Source of the DNA: Candidatus Jordarchaeia archaeon
GTDB lineage: Archaea > Asgardarchaeota > Jordiarchaeia > Jordiarchaeales > Jordiarchaeaceae
NCBI GenBank assembly: GCA_029856435.1
Contig: JAHQXB010000039.1
Span: 1 to 12,253 of the forward strand
DNA length: 12,253 bases
Direction: 5' to 3'
Shown here piece after piece: positions 1 to 6,386 of this stretch (its first letter is position 1; every line of letters starts with the position of its first letter). Both the position numbers and the translations under genes were made by a program. The notes beneath the pieces were generated by a model, which had not been told where the DNA came from, made no database searches, and was given only the letters and a program-made list of their open reading frames with translations.

Positions 1-647
1 AACTGTTTCTCACCACTTAAGGGGTAGAAATATTAAAAATCGAGGAAAAACACCGATAAAACCATAAATTATCAGGAACATAACGGCAAAAAACCATAGC
101 AAAGATCCTGCAAATCTATCGCCTGGGCGATGCAGATTTTTTCGGTTCGTTTTCCTCTCTTATAACCATATGTTTAAACAACACTCCAGGGGCTGAATTT
201 TTGTGGTGACCTTGCCTTTAGCCTGCCTCCGCATCCCTTCCTACCTCCATTTTTCTACACAAAGGTCTTAAAAAAGATGGGGAGATGGTTTCTCTCAAAG
301 CCAGCCACAAAAACAGATCCCTACAAATAGGAGTGCGGCCTAAACATATGGCTTATAAATCTCTTAATTGTGAAAGGAGCTTTATAAACGCCCTTTTTTT
401 TGAGGTATTACTGATATATTGGGCATTGTCTGCTGGGTTTCTCCGATATGTTTAAATTTTGGGTTTGAATAGTATCAAATCCAAGGATTTTTTTTATTGG
501 GATGGTGAGACACGTAGAAACTTTCTGCTGAAAATTAAACACTTCTCAAACATTAAGTCGGGAAGCGTACTCGGCTTTTGCCAACTCGCCTATGGAGGCT
601 GCTGTGAGTTTTCCTTTAGGCTATTACCCAATTCTGGTGGAATCTGT

Positions 648-3482
648 TTGGAAAAAGTGCTCAGTCTGGGTATAGAAGAGGTTTACGAGGCCCTCGGAAC
701 GACGCCCAATGGTTTGAGTGGTGAGGAGGCTGCAAGGAGACTTGAAATTTATGGGCCCAATGTTTTAGTTGAGAAGAAGCGTGAATCCCCCGCGTACAGG
801 TTTTTTAAGGGCTTTAAGGATCTATTCAGTATTATTCTTCTTTCTGCAAGTTTGCTTTCTTTTTTGAGTGGCATGTGGCAGATGAGTCTGGTTATTCTTG
901 TTGTTGTTCTTGTTAATACTGTTTTTAGCGTTTTTCAGGAGTGGCGTGCTGAGAGAGCTATGGAAGCTTTAAGACATTGGGTGCCGGAGTACGCTAAAGT
1001 TATTCGAGATGGGGTACTCGAAAAAGTTTTGGTAGAAGAACTTGTGCCCGGAGATGTTATAGTTTTGGAGGAGGGCGACAGGGTTCCGGCAGACGCACGC
1101 CTAGTTGAATCCTTTGATTTATGGACAAATAATGTTCCCTTAACTGGAGAGTCGGAGCCACAGCCACGCGACAGTGGGCCCACCACCCTTGTTGGTTCAT
1201 CCTACTTGTATGCTCCGAACATTGTTTTGATGAGTACAAGTGTGGTTAAGGGGAGGGGAAAGGCTGTTGTGTTTGCAACTGGAATGAATTCCAGATTTGG
1301 GCAGGTTGCAGGCTTAACATTGGAGATAAAGGATCCACAGAGCCCTCTTCAAAGAGAAATTGCCTTAACCGCTAAACACATTTTCATCATAGCCATGATT
1401 GTGGGGAGCATCTTTTTCCTGATAAGCGTATTTTTGCTTGGAGCAGACATTTTAACCAGCACCTTCTTCATGATAGGGGTAATGGTGGCGTGTGTTCCCG
1501 AAGCTTTACAGGTTACTGTTTCAACTGCGCTCGCCCTCAGTGTCATGAAAATGTTTAAAGAGAATGTTCTCGTAAAACGCTTATCCTCAGTTCAAACACT
1601 GGGCAGCGTAACTATAATAGCCACAGACAAGACTGGAACAATCACCACTGGCGAGATGACTGTTAGAAAAATATGGATTCCTGACAAAATTGTGGAAATA
1701 TCTGGAGTGGGATACTCCCCAATTGGCGAATTTAAAGTTGACGGCAGACCCCTGGGAATGGACGGGGCTGAAGAGACAGAGAAGCTCCTTGAAGTCTCTG
1801 CACTTTGTAACACTGCAAGGGTGGTGCCTCCCTCTGATAAAACTCCTACCTGGGGAGTTATCGGGGACACGACTGATGGAGCATTACTGGTCGCGGCTTT
1901 AAAGTATGGGTTGAATGTTCAAAACATTCTTGCACGAAAACGCCTCATACACATCATACCCTTCACTTCTGAGAGAAAAATGATGACCACAGTTCACAAG
2001 GACGGAGACAAAATTTACATCTACACAAAGGGCGCCCCCAGAAGTGTTCTCCCACTATGCGACAGAATACTGGTCAACGGTAGAATTGAGAAAATGACCG
2101 GGGAATACCTAAAAGTTATTGAAGAAAGAATCTCTAAACTCGCCGGCGAAGGACTAAGAGTAATAGCCATAGCCTATAATGAATTGCAAGAGGGAGAACC
2201 CTTCAAAGATAAAAATATTGAAAGTAACCTGATTTTTGTGGGGCTGGCGGGAATGAAGGACCCACCCCGCCCAGAAATTAAAGAATCTATAAAGATTGCG
2301 AAGAAGGCCGGAATAAGAACCATAATAATAACAGGAGACTATGGATTAACAGCTCAGCGCATAGCTCAAGAAGTAGGCATCATAGAAAGTGACTCGGATT
2401 CAGGGAGCCAACGTGTGATAACTGGTATTGAGTTAGACAGTATGAGCGACCAGCAAATTTTAGAGGAAATAAGAGCGGGCTGCTCAATTTTTGCCCTAGT
2501 TACCCCGTTGCAAAAACTCCGCATAGTGAAAATTCTTAGAGAGAATGGCGAGGTTGTTGCCGTTACTGGGGATGGAGCTAATGACAGCCCTTCACTGAGA
2601 GAGGCTGACATCGGTGTAGCTATGGGCGTTTCAGGAACCGACATTGCCAGAGAAGCTTCCGATATGGTTCTCCTCGACGACAGTTTTACCTCCATAGTTA
2701 AAGCCGTAGAATCTGGACGCACAGTATACGACAACATAAGGAAATACATCACATATGTTTTCACACATAATTGGGCAGAACTCATCCCCTTCATACTCTA
2801 CGTGGTATTCGGCCTACCCCTCCCCCTCCTCATAATCCAAGTTTTAGCTATAGATATAGGCATAGATATTATCCCCTCACTAGCCTTAAGCCAGGAGCCA
2901 CCAGAGGAGGGCATCATGGGGCAGCCTCCGCGAAGCATTAAAGAGAGACTGTTTAGCAAAGGTGTATTCCTCCGCTCCCTCTACTTGGGAATAATAATTG
3001 CCGCAGGAGCTATGTTTGGCTGCCTAAACGCGTGGGCCTCCGGCGGCTGGGTTCTTGGAATGCAGCTAGACCCCCACAGCACGGTGTACATTAAAGGTGT
3101 AACCATGACCTTTGCCGGCATAGTTGTGGGCCAAATGGGCAATGTCCTGGCATGCAGAACAAGTAAAACATCACTACTTAAAACAAGCATAAGGAGCAAC
3201 AAGTGGATCTGGGTGGGTTTAGCTTCTCAAATAATCATCCTAACCCTTATGATATACGTTCCACTAATGCAGAACATTTTCAGCACAACCGCCCTAGGAT
3301 TGAATGAGTGGGCTTATCTGGCGCTCATTTCTGGTGCGGTGATCCTTGCAGAAGAGGTGAGGAAATGGTTTGCCAGAAGACTCCAGAAAACCAGTTGGCT
3401 TCCCAAAATTAACCAAAAAATCTCCAGCGTTAAAGCGGTAATGAAGTATACCTGGTTACCTTGCCTCATTTTTCAGGAATGA
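648..3482 (+). CDS. Cation-transporting P-type ATPase, type II (P2C / Na+,K+-ATPase-like transmembrane motifs)
   Basis: ORF 459..3482 contains TGES (A domain), DKTGT (phospho-Asp codon at 1626), KGAP, DPPR, TGD and TGDGAND motifs plus hydrophobic membrane segments. M4 VACVPEAL, M5 THNWAELIPF, M6 LAIDIGIDIIP. Start re-called to TTG at 648 because GGTGG (636-640) lies 7 nt upstream and recognisable P-ATPase sequence (EEVYEALGTTPNGLSGEEAARRL) begins just after it. Confidence 0.95.
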   Translation: MEKVLSLGIEEVYEALGTTPNGLSGEEAARRLEIYGPNVLVEKKRESPAYRFFKGFKDLFSIILLSASLLSFLSGMWQMSLVILVVVLVNTVFSVFQEWRAERAMEALRHWVPEYAKVIRDGVLEKVLVEELVPGDVIVLEEGDRVPADARLVESFDLWTNNVPLTGESEPQPRDSGPTTLVGSSYLYAPNIVLMSTSVVKGRGKAVVFATGMNSRFGQVAGLTLEIKDPQSPLQREIALTAKHIFIIAMIVGSIFFLISVFLLGADILTSTFFMIGVMVACVPEALQVTVSTALALSVMKMFKENVLVKRLSSVQTLGSVTIIATDKTGTITTGEMTVRKIWIPDKIVEISGVGYSPIGEFKVDGRPLGMDGAEETEKLLEVSALCNTARVVPPSDKTPTWGVIGDTTDGALLVAALKYGLNVQNILARKRLIHIIPFTSERKMMTTVHKDGDKIYIYTKGAPRSVLPLCDRILVNGRIEKMTGEYLKVIEERISKLAGEGLRVIAIAYNELQEGEPFKDKNIESNLIFVGLAGMKDPPRPEIKESIKIAKKAGIRTIIITGDYGLTAQRIAQEVGIIESDSDSGSQRVITGIELDSMSDQQILEEIRAGCSIFALVTPLQKLRIVKILRENGEVVAVTGDGANDSPSLREADIGVAMGVSGTDIAREASDMVLLDDSFTSIVKAVESGRTVYDNIRKYITYVFTHNWAELIPFILYVVFGLPLPLLIIQVLAIDIGIDIIPSLALSQEPPEEGIMGQPPRSIKERLFSKGVFLRSLYLGIIIAAGAMFGCLNAWASGGWVLGMQLDPHSTVYIKGVTMTFAGIVVGQMGNVLACRTSKTSLLKTSIRSNKWIWVGLASQIIILTLMIYVPLMQNIFSTTALGLNEWAYLALISGAVILAEEVRKWFARRLQKTSWLPKINQKISSVKAVMKYTWLPCLIFQE

Positions 3483-4274
3483 GGGGAAACATTTTCTGTC
3501 CCTTCTTGGGTCAAAACTTTTTACTTCTTCCAGTTTTAGGGGAATGCAGATTCTGGAAACCATTCCATGAAGTGAGTAGGGGAGCCTAATTAGCCTCATT
3601 TCCCCACCTGTCACCCAAGGATCTATGGGATACCTTTTTCTCCATTTTTCAGCTATTTTCTCCCTTTCTCTTCTCCCCATCTTTGTGGCTTCATTGTCCA
3701 AAACGTGGATGTGAAATCCTCTACCCGAATAAACGAGTCGGAGTTCCGTGAATTCTTTGCTCAGTTCTTCCTGCAGCTCAATTGTTTTCCGCCTTACCGT
3801 TTTGAATTCGTACATGCAAAAGCTTAGTCCCTGGTGCATCTTCATTTTTTTCTCATAATTTCCGTGGTAGGGGCAGACCACATTCTCCGGGTCAAGGTCA
3901 AAGGCCAGTTCCTGTCCCTGAAAATATTTGCAGTTCCAACAGTCCTTTGGTTCCTTCCCACACTTGCTGCATCCCTGGATGTCTGAGTAAAGGTTTCTAT
4001 CATAGTACACCCCCTCAGGAAGATACTGAAGGATATACTCCCGCACATCCTCAAGATTTTGGTAGTCATCAACCACCACGGTGTTATTTTTAATGTCTTG
4101 GTATTCGGGGAGGAATATGCCCGTATGTCTCCCCAAAATTAAGGCAAAAACAGTGTTCTCCCTGTCCCCCAACCATTCTTCCACCTTTTTTAGGGAAAAC
4201 TCTACCCCGTAGTATTCCTTTCTTTCCTCCAGCGTAGAGTACCTCATACCTCTGGGCAAACGGTAGCGGGACAT
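3456..4274 (-). CDS. Archaeo-eukaryotic primase (AEP) catalytic-subunit-like protein (PriS paralog)
   Basis: AEP motif I ELAFDLD, motif II YSGRGFH, and PriS-like C-terminal IDPWVT...RLIRLPYSLHG. Cys/His clusters CSKC-x6-CWNC and CPYH...C. ATG at 4274 preferred over the ORF-track start at 4292. The 3' end overlaps the convergent ATPase by 27 nt. Confidence 0.85.
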   Translation of the reverse strand: MSRYRLPRGMRYSTLEERKEYYGVEFSLKKVEEWLGDRENTVFALILGRHTGIFLPEYQDIKNNTVVVDDYQNLEDVREYILQYLPEGVYYDRNLYSDIQGCSKCGKEPKDCWNCKYFQGQELAFDLDPENVVCPYHGNYEKKMKMHQGLSFCMYEFKTVRRKTIELQEELSKEFTELRLVYSGRGFHIHVLDNEATKMGRREREKIAEKWRKRYPIDPWVTGGEMRLIRLPYSLHGMVSRICIPLKLEEVKSFDPRRDRKCFPSFLKNEAR

Positions 4275-4280
4275 AATAAA

Positions 4281-4319
4281 TTGTATAAGCAAGGATTGAT
4301 AATACTTTTTCGGTGGTGA
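4281..4319. promoter_or_regulatory. Compact divergent promoter region between the primase-like gene and the MTH1187-family gene
   Basis: 48-nt gap between ATG 4274(-) and ATG 4323(+). TTGTATAA at 4281-4288 (+) and SD GGTGGTGA at 4312-4319. On the minus strand, GAAAAAG-TATTATC (BRE/TATA-like, ~4298-4311) lies ~25 nt upstream of ATG 4274. Confidence 0.4.
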
Positions 4320-4322
4320 AAA

Positions 4323-4610
4323 ATGATAATAGCCGAACTATCAACATTCCCCATAGGAGAAGGGACAAGTCTAAGCAAATACGTTAAGGCAGCAATAAAA
4401 GCACTAATTGATTCGGGAGTGAAGGTCATCCCCGGAGCAATGTCCACAGTCATTGAAGCAGAAACACTCGACGAAATATTCAAAGCCACAAAAATGGCCC
4501 ACGAAGCCATTCTCAAAATGGGAGCGAAAAGAGTAGCTACATCCCTGAGAATAGACGACAGGAGAGACGTGGAAGCAACCGCCGAAAAAAAATTAAGGGC
4601 CATAAAATAA
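4323..4610 (+). CDS. MTH1187/YkoF-family thiamine-binding protein
   Basis: 95 aa with family-typical AELSTFPIGEGTSLSKYV, PGAMSTVIE and RVATSLRIDDRRD; SD GGTGGTGA 3 nt upstream. Confidence 0.9.
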   Translation: MIIAELSTFPIGEGTSLSKYVKAAIKALIDSGVKVIPGAMSTVIEAETLDEIFKATKMAHEAILKMGAKRVATSLRIDDRRDVEATAEKKLRAIK

Positions 4611-4670
4611 CTTTAAAAACTGCCCACAAAAAATCGATGTCTCAACAAAAATGTGTGTGAGGAGGTTTCA

Positions 4671-5468
4671 ATGCCAACTATAAAAGTGGGAGACCTTGAC
4701 ATCTATTATGAGATTCATGGGGAAGAAAACAAGGTGCCTCTGGTTTTAATTATGGGTCTAACTGGCGACATTCTGGGCTGGATGTTTCAAATACCAGAAT
4801 TCTCCAAGAAATACCGAGTGATCGCATTTGACAATAGAGACGCAGGAAGAACCACCAAGACAGACGTTAGTTACACTATTGAAACCTGTGCCCAGGACAC
4901 CTACAATCTTCTTGTCAGATTAGGGATCGAAAAAGCTCATATTCTCGGTGCCAGTATGGGGGGCATGATTGCGCAGGTCTTCGCCATAATGCACCCTGAA
5001 ATGGTGAGGAGCCTAATTTTGGCCTGCACAATCCCACGCGCATCCAAGGGTTTAAGCCCCCTAACAATCTGGAAAGAGTTAGTCAAAGTTGAACCCCGCG
5101 AATTATTCCTGAAGGACATGCTTGTGCGAACTTTTACTCCCGAAACTCTCGAAAACTTGGAATTCGTAAACGCATCACTAAAATGGTATCTGGAGTACCC
5201 CTATCCTCAGCCGCCGGAGGCCTTCATCCGCCAGTGTAACGCCATAGAAAAATTCGACGTAACCACGCGACTGAAGGAAATAGTTGCTCCAACCCTAGTC
5301 ATAGTGGGAGAAAGGGATACCCTTACTCCAGTTTGGTACTCAGAAGAGATTGTTTCCAGAATTCCAAACTCCGAGCTAAAAATAATTCCGGGATGTGCAC
5401 ACGCCCTTTTCCTAGAAAAGCCACGTGAATTTAACAGAGCGGTTCTTGACTTTCTAGAAAAGCACTAG
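4671..5468 (+). CDS. Alpha/beta-fold hydrolase (3-oxoadipate enol-lactonase/MenH-like; substrate unknown)
   Basis: Nucleophile elbow GASMGG, acid in VGERDTLTP, His in GCAHALFLEKP, and N-terminal IYYEIHG...DNRDAG. ATG at 4671 follows GAGGAGG. Confidence 0.92.
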   Translation: MPTIKVGDLDIYYEIHGEENKVPLVLIMGLTGDILGWMFQIPEFSKKYRVIAFDNRDAGRTTKTDVSYTIETCAQDTYNLLVRLGIEKAHILGASMGGMIAQVFAIMHPEMVRSLILACTIPRASKGLSPLTIWKELVKVEPRELFLKDMLVRTFTPETLENLEFVNASLKWYLEYPYPQPPEAFIRQCNAIEKFDVTTRLKEIVAPTLVIVGERDTLTPVWYSEEIVSRIPNSELKIIPGCAHALFLEKPREFNRAVLDFLEKH

Positions 5469-5612
5469 CACCAAAATTACGTGAATGAGGTTATTCGACT
5501 CTCCTGGCATTAAAATTTTGTAGTAGGATTGGTGGTAGTGCTACTGTTCATTGTGTGGGGGGTTGGGTTTTTAGTTTTTATGGTTCCTTTTTGTTTATTA
5601 TTTATTTTTATC

Positions 5613-5626
5613 GAAAAGTTTAAATA
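5613..5626 (+). promoter_or_regulatory. BRE + TATA box of the dtxR-feoB operon
   Basis: GAAAAG (5613-5618) immediately followed by TTTAAATA (5619-5626), preceded by a long T-rich tract downstream of the hydrolase. Confidence 0.7.
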
Positions 5627-5643
5627 TTTAGGGATTCCTAAAT
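5626..5643. promoter_or_regulatory. DtxR-family operator 1 (ATTTAGG-N4-CCTAAAT)
   Basis: Perfect 7-bp inverted arms, ATTTAGG gatt CCTAAAT, abutting the TATA box upstream of a DtxR-family gene. TTAGG/CCTAA half-sites are characteristic of DtxR-family operators. Confidence 0.8.
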
Positions 5644-5655
5644 TCATGGCGAAAA

Positions 5656-5673
5656 ATTTAGGATTACCTAAAT
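5656..5673. promoter_or_regulatory. DtxR-family operator 2 (ATTTAGG-N4-CCTAAAT)
   Basis: ATTTAGG atta CCTAAAT, with arms identical to operator 1, 30 bp downstream of it. Confidence 0.8.
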
Positions 5674-5700
5674 CAATTCACAACGGTGAAGGCGTCCAAT

Positions 5701-6366
5701 ATGGCAGATGCAACACCCATCGAGGAAGAATATCTGGAAAGAATCTACCGATTTGAGGAAGCTGGCAAGAAGAGAGTAAAAACCACAGCTCTCGCTAAGG
5801 ATCTTAAGATTTCTCCCGCCTCAGTGACAGAGATGATTTCCGGCTCCTTGAGCAGGAAGGAATTGGTTGACTACAAGCCTTACAAAGGAGTGAAGCTGAC
5901 CGAGAAAGGTAGACGCATTGCCTCCTCTCTGATAAGAAAACACCGTTTAGCGGAAAAGTTGCTGGTGGACGTAGTGGGAGTTAAATGGGATGATGCGCAC
6001 CAAGAGGCCTGCAAACTCGAACACGCCTTATCTGAGGATGTTGTGGACAAAATTGATGATGCTCTAGGCAAGCCTGAAAGTTGCCCCCATGGAAATGTCA
6101 TACCCGACTCTAAGGGAAACGTAAAACCCGACAATTCCACATCCTTAACTAATTTGGAGCCACCCCAAACGGTTGAGGTTACCCGAATTTCCAATGAGGA
6201 AACTGAAATACTAAATCAACTGTGCTCTCTGGGCATACTTCCCGGCGTGAAGCTGAAATTGGTACAGAAAACCCCACTAGATGGTCCAGTACTTGTGGAT
6301 TTAGGTAAGTGCCAGATAGCCTTAGGACACGACATAGCAAAACTGATTCGAGTTAGGCCCGCATAA
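5701..6366 (+). CDS. DtxR/IdeR/MntR-family metal-dependent transcriptional repressor with C-terminal FeoA (SH3-like) domain
   Basis: EEEYLERIY, winged-HTH LAKDLKISPASVTEM, metal ligands RKHRLAE and AHQEACKLEH, CPHGNVIP linker, then FeoA-like LCSLGILPGVKLKLVQKTPLDGPVLV...ALGHDIAKLIRV. ATG at 5701 has GGTGA at 5685-5689. Confidence 0.93.
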   Translation: MADATPIEEEYLERIYRFEEAGKKRVKTTALAKDLKISPASVTEMISGSLSRKELVDYKPYKGVKLTEKGRRIASSLIRKHRLAEKLLVDVVGVKWDDAHQEACKLEHALSEDVVDKIDDALGKPESCPHGNVIPDSKGNVKPDNSTSLTNLEPPQTVEVTRISNEETEILNQLCSLGILPGVKLKLVQKTPLDGPVLVDLGKCQIALGHDIAKLIRVRPA

Positions 6367-6386
6367 AAACTTTTGGTGGAATACAG

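Noticed and set aside
459-647. 63-aa N-terminal extension of the ATPase ORF
   Set aside because: No P-ATPase similarity and no SD at 459; a well-spaced GGTGG precedes TTG 648.
935-3202. Minus-strand ORFs antisense to the ATPase (935, 1057, 1349, 1592, 2366, 2981) and the + strand ORF 1690..1902
   Set aside because: Shadow frames of a conserved gene with no recognisable motifs.
3576-3588. TAGG-ggag-CCTAA partial DtxR-like palindrome
   Set aside because: It lies deep in the primase coding region on a conserved peptide (RLIRLPYS), has short arms and no nearby promoter; likely chance.
3842-5119. Alternative ORFs 3842..4072, 4090..4368, 4244..4603 and 4937..5119
   Set aside because: They overlap better-supported genes and show no family features.
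5529-5756. 75-aa hydrophobic ORF upstream of the repressor
   Set aside because: Hydrophobicity comes from a T-rich intergenic tract; the ORF runs through the TATA box and both operators and overlaps the repressor start.
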